Shown here piece after piece: positions 29,002 to 39,082 of a stretch of DNA of 64,000 nucleotides. Location: contig CAWGLD010000001.1 of the NCBI GenBank assembly GCA_963823335.1, forward strand, positions 1,408,001 through 1,472,000. The letters run 5' to 3'. Source of the stretch: an uncultured delta proteobacterium (lineage in GTDB: Bacteria; Desulfobacterota; Desulfobacteria; Desulfobacterales; B30-G6). The position numbers and the translations under genes are program-made. Position 1 is the stretch's first letter. Each line of letters opens with the position of its first letter. Below the pieces are notes generated by a model. That model worked only from the letters and a program-made list of their open reading frames with translations. It ran no database searches and was not told the origin of the DNA.

Positions 29002-31296
29002 ATGACCAAATCAACCCCCCTGCGAATAGAGGGAACCGAACGCATGCCCCTGCAGCAGTTTTCCCAGCAGGCCTATCTCGACTATGCCATGTACGTTATC
29101 ATGGACCGCGCCCTTCCCCACATCGGCGACGGGCTCAAGCCGGTCCAGCGGCGCATCGTCTACGCCATGAGCGAGCTGGGCCTCAAAGCGACCTCCAAGC
29201 ACAAAAAGTCGGCCCGCACCATAGGTGATGTGCTCGGTAAGTTCCACCCCCATGGGGACACGGCCTGCTACGAGGCCATGGTGCTCATGGCCCAGCCCTT
29301 CTCTTACCGCTACCCCCTGGTCGACGGCCAGGGAAACTGGGGGGCCCCCGACGACCCCAAGTCCTTTGCCGCCATGCGCTATACCGAAGCGAGGCTCTCC
29401 GCCTATGCAGAGGTGCTGCTCGCCGAAACCGCCTTGGGAACGGTGGAGTGGATACCCAATTTTGACGGCACGCTCAAGGAACCCAGGGTGCTGCCGGCCC
29501 GGCTTCCCAACATCCTGCTCAACGGCACCACCGGCATTGCAGTGGGCATGGCCACGGATATTCCGCCTCACAACATCAATGAGGTGGTCGACGCCTGTAT
29601 TCATCTAATCGACGAACCCGGGGCCGGCATTGAAGCGCTGTGCAACCACATCCAGGGACCGGATTACCCTTCGGGCGCAGAGATCATCACGCCGAAATCG
29701 GAAATTCTGGATCTCTATCGGAGTGGCAAAGGTGGACTCCGCATGCGAGCCACTTTTGAGCTGGAAAACGGCGATATCGTCATCAATGCCCTGCCTCATC
29801 AGGTATCTCCGGCCAAGGTGCTTGAACAGATCGCCGCCCAGATGAACAAGAAAAAACTGCCCATGGTGGCGGACCTCCGGGATGAATCGGACCACGAAGA
29901 CCCCATCCGTCTCGTTATCGTCCCACGCTCCAACCGGGTTGACAAGGATGCTCTGATGGCACACCTGTTCGCCACCACGGAGCTTGAAAAAACCTTTCGG
30001 GTCAACCTGAACGTCATCGGCCTGGATCGAAAGCCCTGTGTGAAAGGGCTGGTTGAAATACTCACCGAGTGGATCACATTCAGAACGATAACAGTCAAAA
30101 ATCGGTTGGAATACAGACTTAAAAAAGTTAAGGATCGCCTCCATATTCTGGACGGCCTGCTGGTGGCCTATCTGAATCTCCACGAGGTTATCCGCATCAT
30201 TCGAACAGAGGACAAACCCAAACCGGTGCTCGTGGAACGCTTTAACCTCTCCGATGTCCAGGCCGAGGCAATTTTGCAGTTACGCCTTAGACACCTGGCA
30301 AAATTGGAGGAGATGAAAATCCGATCCGAGCAGCAGGAATTGGACGAAGAGCGGCAGGCTCTGGAGAAAACGCTGGGTTCGCCCGCCCGACTAAAAACCC
30401 TGATAAAAAAAGAGCTTCGGGCAGATGCCAAGGCCTATGGCGACGACCGCCGCACCGCAATCGTTCAGCGCGAAGAAGCCCAGGCCATCTCCGAAGAGCA
30501 GTTGGCACCGGTTGAACCGGTGACCGTAATCCTGTCGGCAAACGGCTGGGTGCGCGCCGCCAAGGGCCACGAGATCGATCCCAGTGAAGCCAACTATCGG
30601 CCTGGCGACCATTATCTGGATGCCGCTCGAGGCAAAAGCAATCAACCGGTGGTTTTTCTGGACACCACCGGACGGTCGTACAGCCTGTCGGCCCATACGC
30701 TGCCGTCGGCCCGGGGATACGGCGAGCCCCTTACCGGCCGTTTTGTCCTGCCGCCCGGCGCCACCTTCACCACCGTGATCATGGCACCGGCCAATCAAGG
30801 TCTGCTGCTGGCCAGTGATGCCGGATACGGGTTCATCACCCGTTTTGAAGATCTGGTGACACGCAACACCAAGGGAAAAGCCATTCTTTCGCTGCCCAAA
30901 GGGGCCCTGCCGCTGACACCGATCCTGATGGAAAACATCTCGGACCATCTGCTGGCAGCCGTTACCAACGAGGGACGCATGCTGGTCTTTCCCCTGGACA
31001 AGCTTCCGGCCATTGCCAAGGGGAAGGGCAACAAAATCATCCAGATCCCATCCAAGCGGGCCAGGGAACGCACGGAACTAATGGTCCATTTATGCCTGGT
31101 ATCACAAGAAAGCACACTGACCATTTTTGCCGGTAAGCGTTTTTTTAAGCTGACCTACGGCAACCTCACACAATTTATCGGTGAGCGCGGCCGCCGTGGA
31201 AAAAAGCTGCCCCGCGGATTCCAGAATGTGGACCGCCTGGAGAGCGAAGCACCCGTTCAGGCTCCACTGTCGCAGGCGCCCACAGGAGGTGAGTAA
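29002..31296 (+). CDS. parC: DNA topoisomerase IV subunit A
   Basis: [44 protein letters not shown] catalytic Tyr; short C-terminal domain without GyrA box. Confidence 0.96.
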   Translation: MTKSTPLRIEGTERMPLQQFSQQAYLDYAMYVIMDRALPHIGDGLKPVQRRIVYAMSELGLKATSKHKKSARTIGDVLGKFHPHGDTACYEAMVLMAQPFSYRYPLVDGQGNWGAPDDPKSFAAMRYTEARLSAYAEVLLAETALGTVEWIPNFDGTLKEPRVLPARLPNILLNGTTGIAVGMATDIPPHNINEVVDACIHLIDEPGAGIEALCNHIQGPDYPSGAEIITPKSEILDLYRSGKGGLRMRATFELENGDIVINALPHQVSPAKVLEQIAAQMNKKKLPMVADLRDESDHEDPIRLVIVPRSNRVDKDALMAHLFATTELEKTFRVNLNVIGLDRKPCVKGLVEILTEWITFRTITVKNRLEYRLKKVKDRLHILDGLLVAYLNLHEVIRIIRTEDKPKPVLVERFNLSDVQAEAILQLRLRHLAKLEEMKIRSEQQELDEERQALEKTLGSPARLKTLIKKELRADAKAYGDDRRTAIVQREEAQAISEEQLAPVEPVTVILSANGWVRAAKGHEIDPSEANYRPGDHYLDAARGKSNQPVVFLDTTGRSYSLSAHTLPSARGYGEPLTGRFVLPPGATFTTVIMAPANQGLLLASDAGYGFITRFEDLVTRNTKGKAILSLPKGALPLTPILMENISDHLLAAVTNEGRMLVFPLDKLPAIAKGKGNKIIQIPSKRARERTELMVHLCLVSQESTLTIFAGKRFFKLTYGNLTQFIGERGRRGKKLPRGFQNVDRLESEAPVQAPLSQAPTGGE

Positions 31297-31305
31297 GGAA
31301 CACGA

Positions 31306-31475
31306 ATGGTCTCTTCGAGCGTTTTCTTTCTTTTTGCATTCCTGCCCGTATAGTGCCGTCAGCTTGACCGATTTCTGGCGGCGGTGGCACATCTCCCTGA
31401 GCCGCTGGTTCTGTGACTACCTGTACATCCCGCGGGGTGCAACCGCAGAGGGGATGCGCGCACCTACCTTATTCA
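31306..31475 (+). pseudogene. Internally deleted MBOAT O-acyltransferase (AlgI/DltB-like)
   Basis: ATG 31306 [14 protein letters not shown] joined out of frame to [37 protein letters not shown]. Confidence 0.85.
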
Positions 31476-31938
31476 TCAAACCATAAAAACATTAAGCCGG
31501 GAACACGATGAGTGGCCCTTTGTAAAGTGTCTTTTTGATGGGTTTTTACACAATGGTATAAAAGAGAAGAAAAAATCAGTTTACAATGCTTTCCAGTACA
31601 TGCTCAAATGTAACCCAAACATTGAAGGCATACCGATACAAGCTGATCGACCATTATTGAAAGAGAATCCACAGATCAAATATGGCAGGGGTCTTAAAAA
31701 AGGGACTGTGTATATTGATTAGAAATTTTACGGGATGCTACAACAACACAGGCATCGTTTCTAACTCTCTTGACATCTCCATCAATCACAGTTTTCAAAT
31801 TGTTTCCCCTGATCACAAGATGTAGGGATTGAATAATTTCTAGGTGTGGTAGCCACGAACCATGATACTGTATTTCACCAAACTGGTCATGTTTTCTATG
31901 CATCCATAATTTTGTTTGACTGTTTAAGAGGCTAAAGA

Positions 31939-32862
31939 ATGCAAAAACAGCCACTTTCTGAAGAAATAAAGAGTCTTGGTGAATCATTAGGCATTGACGC
32001 TATCGGATTCGCAAATGCATCTGAATTTTCGAAATATTTATTAAAACAGCATCAAAGGCGAGACCCGAAACTGGCATTGCCAGGTGCAAGATCAATAATA
32101 GTAGCTGGCATCTATATTGGCGGTATAACGATGCCTGAATGGGACAACCCCTGGTATGGCCGAACAAGCAGGTTGTATCTTTCGGAGTATTTTCTTGATG
32201 TGGTGAAACCACTTGAGCCAATTTCCGATTTCCTAAAGACGAAAGGGTATCAATCCATAGTTTGTGATGGTTCAATGGAAGGCGGTTCCATTATTCCTTT
32301 GAAACTTGCGGCAATACGAGCAGGCATAGGGTGGCAAGGCAAGCATTCCCTGCTTATATCAAAGAAGTTTGGGACGTTTTTAGCGCTTGGGGGAATTATA
32401 ACTGATGCCGCTTTAGATCATAACGCCATTGAAGAGCCGGACAGATGTCGCAATTGTGATAAATGTCAAACAGCCTGTCCCATGGCGGCCCTCGATCAAT
32501 CCTATGTTTTGAATGTCAAAAAGTGTATGTCGTATCAATTACAGGTTGATGGACTGTCCGAAGAAGCTCAAGCAGCAATGGAGAATAGAGTGGGTGATTG
32601 TGAGATATGCCAGGATGCCTGCCCTTGGAACGGAAAGCACGTTAAATCTCCCTTATTTACAAAGATGACCGATCATTTTCATGAGAAAATTGTGGAATGG
32701 GGAGATTCTTTCTACTTGCCGAATTTAAGAAAATTGTCCGAAAATGGATATAAGGATATGTTCGATCACCTTAACACGGGCATTTCCTACGATCTTTTTC
32801 ATCGGAATGTTTTAATCGCAATGGAGAAAGCGGAAAAAATTACAGGAAAGACAAACAAATAG
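31939..32862 (+). CDS. Epoxyqueuosine reductase (QueG)-like cobalamin/4Fe-4S protein
   Basis: AGIGWQGKHSL, CRNCDKCQTACP, CEICQDACPWN. Confidence 0.8.
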   Translation: MQKQPLSEEIKSLGESLGIDAIGFANASEFSKYLLKQHQRRDPKLALPGARSIIVAGIYIGGITMPEWDNPWYGRTSRLYLSEYFLDVVKPLEPISDFLKTKGYQSIVCDGSMEGGSIIPLKLAAIRAGIGWQGKHSLLISKKFGTFLALGGIITDAALDHNAIEEPDRCRNCDKCQTACPMAALDQSYVLNVKKCMSYQLQVDGLSEEAQAAMENRVGDCEICQDACPWNGKHVKSPLFTKMTDHFHEKIVEWGDSFYLPNLRKLSENGYKDMFDHLNTGISYDLFHRNVLIAMEKAEKITGKTNK

Positions 32863-32877
32863 AAAATACGGATACAC

Positions 32878-33285
32878 ATGGAATTAGAACTAAGTTTGGA
32901 AGACGATATTGCAACTGACGAGGTAATTGCGCTCTATAAAGCCAATGGTTGGTCATCAGCAGAAAAGCCTGAGAAATTAATATCGGCACTAAATAATTCT
33001 GATGCATTGGTTACAGCCAGAATTTCAGGAAAGCTTGTTGGGATTGGAAATGCAATTTCTGATGGCAGCTTGGTTGTCTACTACCCACATATGCTTGTGC
33101 ATCCAACCTATAAGGGTAAAGGCATTGGACGGACCATGATGAAGCTTTTACAACAGAAATATGCGTCATTTCACCAGCAAATGTTAACCGCTGATGTCGA
33201 TGCTGTTGGATTCTACAAATCTTTAGGTTTTGATCGAGCTGGAAAAACAGTGTTCATGTGGATCTATGACGGAGATGAGCATTGA
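32878..33285 (+). CDS. GNAT family N-acetyltransferase
   Basis: LVHPTYKGKGIGR acetyl-CoA motif, FYKSLGF. Confidence 0.9.
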   Translation: MELELSLEDDIATDEVIALYKANGWSSAEKPEKLISALNNSDALVTARISGKLVGIGNAISDGSLVVYYPHMLVHPTYKGKGIGRTMMKLLQQKYASFHQQMLTADVDAVGFYKSLGFDRAGKTVFMWIYDGDEH

Positions 33286-33397
33286 TACCATATATGGTGG
33301 GGTCTACTATCAAGAAAATTCTTTGATTACTGGCATGAGTTATCAGCGACCCTTCTAAGGGGCTATTCATCTCTAAATCCATTCCATAGGAGCGTTC

Positions 33398-33556
33398 ATG
33401 CATTTGATAATGTTTAATATGGATGGCATTTTGCTTAAATCCAATACTCTGGATGTAGATTGTTTTTATAGTGCCTTCCACAGTGTCATGAGCCTCGAGG
33501 CATCGAAGGAAACTGGACGATTGGGGGAGATCGCAAACCCCAAACCCAGATTGTAG
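33398..33556 (+). pseudogene. N-terminal remnant of a HAD-family hydrolase
   Basis: AGGAG RBS, then MHLIMFNMDGILLKSNTLDVDCF (decayed FDxDGTL motif I) and an early stop. Confidence 0.55.
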
Positions 33557-33723
33557 CAGTCGAAGAGCCTGGCGGGATCGTTCCCCTTGGCCTGGATCGA
33601 TTGTTTGACAGGTGTATCGAATAAGTGATGGAAATCGATTTAGAATGTGAACCCTTGTGGCGAAAGAGTGTCCGTCGGAAAACACAGTTAGCCTGACCCC
33701 ATATCCAGATATTGTGATGCAAT

Positions 33724-35019
33724 ATGCCAGAAAATCATAATCTCAGATCAGTTTACTTAACATCGCGATCCCCGGCTGATTTTTACGGCTGGTGGATTGT
33801 TGTTGCCGGATCGATCGTATTGTTTGTGTCTTCGGGGATTGGATTCTACGGTCATGGCGTCATCCTGGACCCGTTACGGGGCATTCATGGCTGGTCAAAG
33901 GGAACTATTTCTTCGGCCATCACCCTTTTCTTTTTTTCCAACGGTATAATCGGTCTCATCATTGGACGCTGGATGGACCGTTACGGTCCAAAATGGTTCC
34001 TTGTCTGTGGGTCGGTCGTTTTCGGAATAAGCCTGTGGGCCCTGAACTGGATTGTCTCGGTTCCTCAGCTTTTTTTCACATACCTGATGATGTCGGTCGG
34101 TTTCTGTGCTACGTCACTCGTACCGGTCAACACCCTGATCACCAACTGGTTTATTCGTAAACGTGGATTGGCCATGAGTATTGCCAATACCGGTCTCAGT
34201 GTCGGTGGCGTCATTCTGGTACCTTTGGCCAGCTATCTTATCATTCATAAAGGGTTGCAGATTGCCCTACCTGTACTGGGGTGTATTTACAGCCTGGTCA
34301 TTATTCCCGTGGCTTTATTCTTCATAAAGCAAAAGCCGTCAGACATGGGTCAGTACCCAGACGGGGTAGCTCCTTACAGTACGATTCAGCGCGGCGGGGT
34401 AAAGATTGCCGCCGACCAGATGCAGGTGTGGACCCGTAGGCAGGCTATGAAAACCATGGCCTTCTGGTCCATCGCGCTTGCCTTCATGCTCGCTCTTGGA
34501 GGGCAGATTGCCTATTTGATTCACCAGGTTTCATTTCTCGGTCAGTACCTGGGCCCACAGAAAGCTGCCATGGCGGTCAGCATAACTGCTGCTGCCAGTA
34601 TTACGGGCCGTCTAATGCTGGGAACGTTTGTGGATCGCTGCGACAAGCGTTATGTGGCCATGGGCTGCTTTTTTATACAGGGCCTGGCCGTTCTATTGCT
34701 TGCCCATTTTACTCATGTTGCGCTGCTTTATCTGTGTACCTTTGCCTTCGGGCTGACCATGGGGTCCATCATCATGCTGCAATCTTTGATCATCGGCGAG
34801 TGTTTCGGGATTCCTTCTTTTGCAACGGTTTCCGGCGCAATAGGATTGTTTTCCATGCCAGGTGCGGCTTTTGGCCCGCTGATTGCGGGTGTAATATTCG
34901 ACGCGGTTCTAAGCTACCAGACGGCCTTTAATCTCTTTGCATATGCCAGCTTTGTGGCCATGGTGGTTATTTTTTTTGCCAGACCGGTCGGTGTGGATGG
35001 GAAAAAGACAACTAGCTGA
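33724..35019 (+). CDS. MFS transporter (OFA/MCT-like)
   Basis: About 12 hydrophobic segments, FYGWWIV, GRWMDRYGPK motif A, WFIRKRGLA. Confidence 0.92.
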   Translation: MPENHNLRSVYLTSRSPADFYGWWIVVAGSIVLFVSSGIGFYGHGVILDPLRGIHGWSKGTISSAITLFFFSNGIIGLIIGRWMDRYGPKWFLVCGSVVFGISLWALNWIVSVPQLFFTYLMMSVGFCATSLVPVNTLITNWFIRKRGLAMSIANTGLSVGGVILVPLASYLIIHKGLQIALPVLGCIYSLVIIPVALFFIKQKPSDMGQYPDGVAPYSTIQRGGVKIAADQMQVWTRRQAMKTMAFWSIALAFMLALGGQIAYLIHQVSFLGQYLGPQKAAMAVSITAAASITGRLMLGTFVDRCDKRYVAMGCFFIQGLAVLLLAHFTHVALLYLCTFAFGLTMGSIIMLQSLIIGECFGIPSFATVSGAIGLFSMPGAAFGPLIAGVIFDAVLSYQTAFNLFAYASFVAMVVIFFARPVGVDGKKTTS

Positions 35020-36199
35020 AATCGCCAATCTGCATCATGCGATTTTCCACAAGACGCTCATTCATATAGGTGGCATCTGCACCGATTTCCCGTGCCAGGT
35101 GCTTCATCTGATCGACACTGATGATGTTCTCTTCCGAAAAGAGGTAGATGAGCGCCTTTTCAGCAATACAGCTCACCTTCAGGGCATTCATCATGATTCG
35201 CTCCGGGTTTTTGACCTGGATATACTTTTGTATGAAATGCTTGTAGAGCGCCGAGTGTTCGATATGGTTTTTCAATAGATCGAGCTCATTTTTCAATGGA
35301 CTTAGATCTCCTCCGTAGGCTTTTTCTCCGAGCGGTTTCAAGACCATAAAGGCATATTCTTTTCCGGGTAGATAGTGATGATGGTCGCAACGGGTGGAAT
35401 AGTTGGGTGTTTTGGGATCTTCACTGTGTTTATCACCGCCCACGATGATGAGAGGATCGAAATAGAGGGCCGGGCATTCAATACCGTCCACCGCGTAGTA
35501 GCGGTAGGTATAATAGGAATCGGTGATACAGTCCGGATGCTCGCAATACGCGGTGAGGGGGATCACGTCGGTGGATTCCTCCATGATGAGTCTTGCCGTT
35601 CGGTTGAAGATGTCTTTGCGGAAGTTGAGAATGAGCATGGGGAATATGAAATTTAGCAGATCCTGTTTGGCCCGGCGGGCGATAACATAGGCGATGCGTT
35701 CGTCAAAGAACTCCACCTCGTCCACGATCCATGTCCCAACGGTCAGGTTGTTTTCAAATACCTTTTCGAGTCCAAAGGAATCCGAGATGCTGGCAATATT
35801 GTTTCCCAGTTCGACATGTCCCCCCCGGTAGGCGATGGATTTGGTGGGACTGTCCCCGAAGCGTTTGTCGTCAATTTTTGAACGCACGTAAAAGACATTA
35901 CGCAGATCGACCTGACCGCTGGTGGTGAGCATTCTCACCCGGGCGGATTTCTGCATCGCCACTTGAGAGTCGCGATATATCCGGGCAGAGTACTCGGTCT
36001 TGCCGGATCCCATGGGACCGATGATCAGTGTCCGGCGATCGGGTTGGGTAAAGTCGAAGTGATTGATGGCATGATGGATCTGAAGATCAGGAAAACCCAA
36101 GCTTTTTAAAAAGTGGCGTGTCTGAACAGAATTTTCGGTGAGTGCCAATATATTCTCCTTTAAGACCCTTATTAGCCTTCGGCGGTCATTAGTAGTCAT
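35012..36199 (-). CDS. tdk: Thymidine kinase, long form
   Basis: IGPMGSGKT, DEVEF, CEHPDC...RCDHHH zinc/lasso region, extended C-terminus; nucleoside-cluster context. Confidence 0.75.
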   Translation of the reverse strand: MTTNDRRRLIRVLKENILALTENSVQTRHFLKSLGFPDLQIHHAINHFDFTQPDRRTLIIGPMGSGKTEYSARIYRDSQVAMQKSARVRMLTTSGQVDLRNVFYVRSKIDDKRFGDSPTKSIAYRGGHVELGNNIASISDSFGLEKVFENNLTVGTWIVDEVEFFDERIAYVIARRAKQDLLNFIFPMLILNFRKDIFNRTARLIMEESTDVIPLTAYCEHPDCITDSYYTYRYYAVDGIECPALYFDPLIIVGGDKHSEDPKTPNYSTRCDHHHYLPGKEYAFMVLKPLGEKAYGGDLSPLKNELDLLKNHIEHSALYKHFIQKYIQVKNPERIMMNALKVSCIAEKALIYLFSEENIISVDQMKHLAREIGADATYMNERLVENRMMQIGDFS

Positions 36200-36248
36200 T
36201 TGTCCTATCGGACGACATTAGCGCTTTGCGCGTCATTTATTGTTGTTG

Positions 36249-36881
36249 TCAACCACTAAAACCGGTCGCTATGTTTTCGGCCAGGGCTTCATAAAACCTT
36301 CCCACATGAATTCCATCCACCAGTGCGTGATGGACCTGCACGCTTACCGGTATGGTCTTGTTGGATCCCTGGCTATCCAGCTTTCCCCATGATATTCTTG
36401 GAATACAGTCATCCGGTCCGCCATGAGGGTTGGTCAAGGCCGTGAAATTCATCCAGGGCAGACAGCTTAAAAAAATCCATTCATCTGAGGTGTCGATGTG
36501 TTCCTGCAGCCTATTCTGCTGTTTGGCTTTTTCCAGGGCGTCCACACAACTTGCGTTGAATGCCTTCCACTCCGGTACATATTCGATACCGCAAAAAGCG
36601 AACCGGTCATCGTTGAGGGGCACCGTGACGGAGGCGTTGACCACATGGTGTTCGACAACGGTATCTTTACGGAATCGCAACCGTAGTTCCGGGACAGCAT
36701 TGGCGGCAGTCATGATACAGTAGAGAAAGGCATTGAAAAAGGAAAGGCCCTCTTTTTCTCTCTGCTTTACCAGCGCCGCTACATGCACACTTGCGGTGAT
36801 ACTGAAATGAGGTGCCGGAAGTTGTTTAAAAAAATCAAACTGGCTCTTTCTGGGCCAGGTTGCCATATCAATGATGTTCAT
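36249..36881 (-). CDS. CatA-like (chloramphenicol acetyltransferase family) O-acetyltransferase
   Basis: W.RK..F.FF N-terminus, SCLPW, HHALVDG catalytic motif; start ATG probably 36881. Confidence 0.85.
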   Translation of the reverse strand: MNIIDMATWPRKSQFDFFKQLPAPHFSITASVHVAALVKQREKEGLSFFNAFLYCIMTAANAVPELRLRFRKDTVVEHHVVNASVTVPLNDDRFAFCGIEYVPEWKAFNASCVDALEKAKQQNRLQEHIDTSDEWIFLSCLPWMNFTALTNPHGGPDDCIPRISWGKLDSQGSNKTIPVSVQVHHALVDGIHVGRFYEALAENIATGFSG

Positions 36882-37005
36882 GATACTGTTTGCTCCCTTG
36901 ACAGCTTTCCATGCTGTATGCTTTACATTTAAAATTCAAAGCCCTTGGTATGTCAACAGTTATCCTCCCGGGGTGAGTGCTTCAGAAGCACAAAAAAGGA
37001 TACCC

Positions 37006-37878
37006 ATGAACGAGCAGATTCGAATCGGTATTATCGGCGGCAGCGGTCTTTATGACATGGACGCGCTTTCCAGCGTCACCACGGTGTCGGTTGCGACACC
37101 TTTCGGACATCCGTCGGACGACTTTGTGATCGGCACGCTTCAAGGTGTGCGGGTCGCTTTTTTGCCCAGACACGGCCGGGGTCACCGGCACACGCCGTCG
37201 GAGGTCAATTTTAGGGCAAACATTTACGGATTTAAACAACTGGGTGTCTCACACATCATATCCGTCACAGCCGTGGGCAGCCTGAAAGAAGATATTCAGC
37301 CCCTCGACATGGTTATCCCCGACCAATTTTATGATCGCACCAGGAATCGCAAGAGCACCTTTTTTGGCGATGGACTGGCCGTCCATATTGCCTTTGCACA
37401 ACCCATATGCCCTGAACTTGCGACATTGCTTTATGAGACAGCCGTTGAAACAGGTGTCAAAACGCACAACGGCGGGACGCTCATATGTATCGAGGGGCCG
37501 GCCTTTTCTACCCGGGCGGAGTCGAATACGTATCGTCGGTGGGGAATGGACATCATCGGTATGACAAGCCTCCAGGAAGCAAAGCTGTCACGGGAGGCTG
37601 AAATCTGTTATGCGGCCTTGGCGCTGGTTACCGACTATGACTGCTGGCATGCGGATGCGTCCGGAGTGACGGTGGAAACAGTGCTACTGAACCTGAACAA
37701 AAACATTTCCCACGCCAAGAGGATACTGCAAAAGATCGTGCCGAAGATTCCGAAAACGAGGGACTGCCTTTGTGCCACGGCACTGGAAAATGCCATCATG
37801 ACGGATGTGCGTGACATTCCAGCAGAAACACGCAAGAAACTTGGTATTCTTGTAAATAAATACCTCCCACGGTCCTGA
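37006..37878 (+). CDS. mtnP: S-methyl-5'-thioadenosine phosphorylase
   Basis: IGGSG, LPRHGRGH, EGPAFSTRAES, GMT, TDYD; ATG 37006 after AAGGA. Confidence 0.92.
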   Translation: MNEQIRIGIIGGSGLYDMDALSSVTTVSVATPFGHPSDDFVIGTLQGVRVAFLPRHGRGHRHTPSEVNFRANIYGFKQLGVSHIISVTAVGSLKEDIQPLDMVIPDQFYDRTRNRKSTFFGDGLAVHIAFAQPICPELATLLYETAVETGVKTHNGGTLICIEGPAFSTRAESNTYRRWGMDIIGMTSLQEAKLSREAEICYAALALVTDYDCWHADASGVTVETVLLNLNKNISHAKRILQKIVPKIPKTRDCLCATALENAIMTDVRDIPAETRKKLGILVNKYLPRS

Positions 37879-37952
37879 CTGAGGGAGGTATCTATGCCGA
37901 TTGCAAAAGAAAGCGACATCGTCGCATTCGATAAAACAGTTTTACGATTTTA

Positions 37953-38798
37953 TCAGGGTTGATAATCCCAGCGCCGGAGATGGTCTTTTCTCATCTTGTC
38001 TTTCTCTGCCGGGCTCGCCCCCCAGTTGCCATTGTAAACGGCACCTTCCCAGTCGCCATACATGGGGTTCGGAATCAGGATAAACTTTTTGCCCCATGCT
38101 TCCTTGATCTTGTCCACCTCAGCAGAACGGGCATCAACCGGTTTCTTGCTGAAAACGTTTAGGAAGTCATTCAAGTTGTCACCCATGAGAAGAGCAATCT
38201 CATAATCCTTTTCCACCATATCCCTGCGGGGCTGTTTGTCGCTGGTATCGGTCCTGAACAGAAGATGCTGCTTGTCGATATAGGGGTATCCAAGGGCATC
38301 GAGTTTCTTGCTGGCATGTTCGTAATATTGCATTTTAATATTGGTGATGTAAAATACTTCAACGCCTTTTGATTTGGCGTAATTTAAAAAATCATGGGCG
38401 CCGGGATAAGCCGTGGCTTGGCCGGCTTCTTGCCACGGGCCCCAGGTTTTTGATGAATAACCAAAGTCATTCCCGATAAGAAACGCCTCATAGGCCGAGT
38501 TGTCAATCAGGGTTTCATCCACGTCAACACTGATAGCTATTTTTTTGGATCCGGAATACGAAGCCAGAAAAGCATCAAGATTCATCTTGGCCAGGTTAAA
38601 TGCCTGATAACACAATGCCTTGAATTCAGCGGAGGTCTGAACCCAGAGCGTCGCCATGACGAGCTGTTCGTTCAGGTCTTTTGTTGTGTAATGACTATCT
38701 GCGAAGCCGTTGTTTGTAAGTGGCCCTCCGATAGCGAGCATACCGGCTGCAACGAAAATGACAAAAAGTACACCAAGTTGTTTTTTAATTTTTTTCAT
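37953..38798 (-). CDS. Class C acid phosphatase / 5'-nucleotidase e(P4) family, secreted
   Basis: DVDET, GDNLNDF, PNPMYGDWE; signal peptide without lipobox Cys; ATG 38798 after GGAGG. Confidence 0.88.
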   Translation of the reverse strand: MKKIKKQLGVLFVIFVAAGMLAIGGPLTNNGFADSHYTTKDLNEQLVMATLWVQTSAEFKALCYQAFNLAKMNLDAFLASYSGSKKIAISVDVDETLIDNSAYEAFLIGNDFGYSSKTWGPWQEAGQATAYPGAHDFLNYAKSKGVEVFYITNIKMQYYEHASKKLDALGYPYIDKQHLLFRTDTSDKQPRRDMVEKDYEIALLMGDNLNDFLNVFSKKPVDARSAEVDKIKEAWGKKFILIPNPMYGDWEGAVYNGNWGASPAEKDKMRKDHLRRWDYQP

Positions 38799-39082
38799 AG
38801 GTTCGCCTCCTTTTTGGGTAATAATAGTGATATAAATTGTATTTCCGTTGGATATCAAGCTAATTTTCTTATTTGCAATTCTTTTTTATGAGCGACAACG
38901 TCGCGTCTTATATAGGGGTTGTCAGAAAAACGTTCCGATTGAGGACCTTTTTTCTGCTACAACCCCTTATGCCGCCATCCTATTTTCGGAACATTATTAT
39001 GACAAGCGGTATAAAAGCGTGAAACGTTTTTATTGAGGATCCTCTTGACCGACATGGTCGATTAAAATTACACTACATGCAA

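Noticed and set aside
31480-31930. Possible degraded gene between the MBOAT scar and the QueG-like gene
   Set aside because: Short open stretches without identifiable motifs
33254-33685. 143-aa minus-strand ORF
   Set aside because: Antisense to the plus-strand HAD remnant; no motif or RBS
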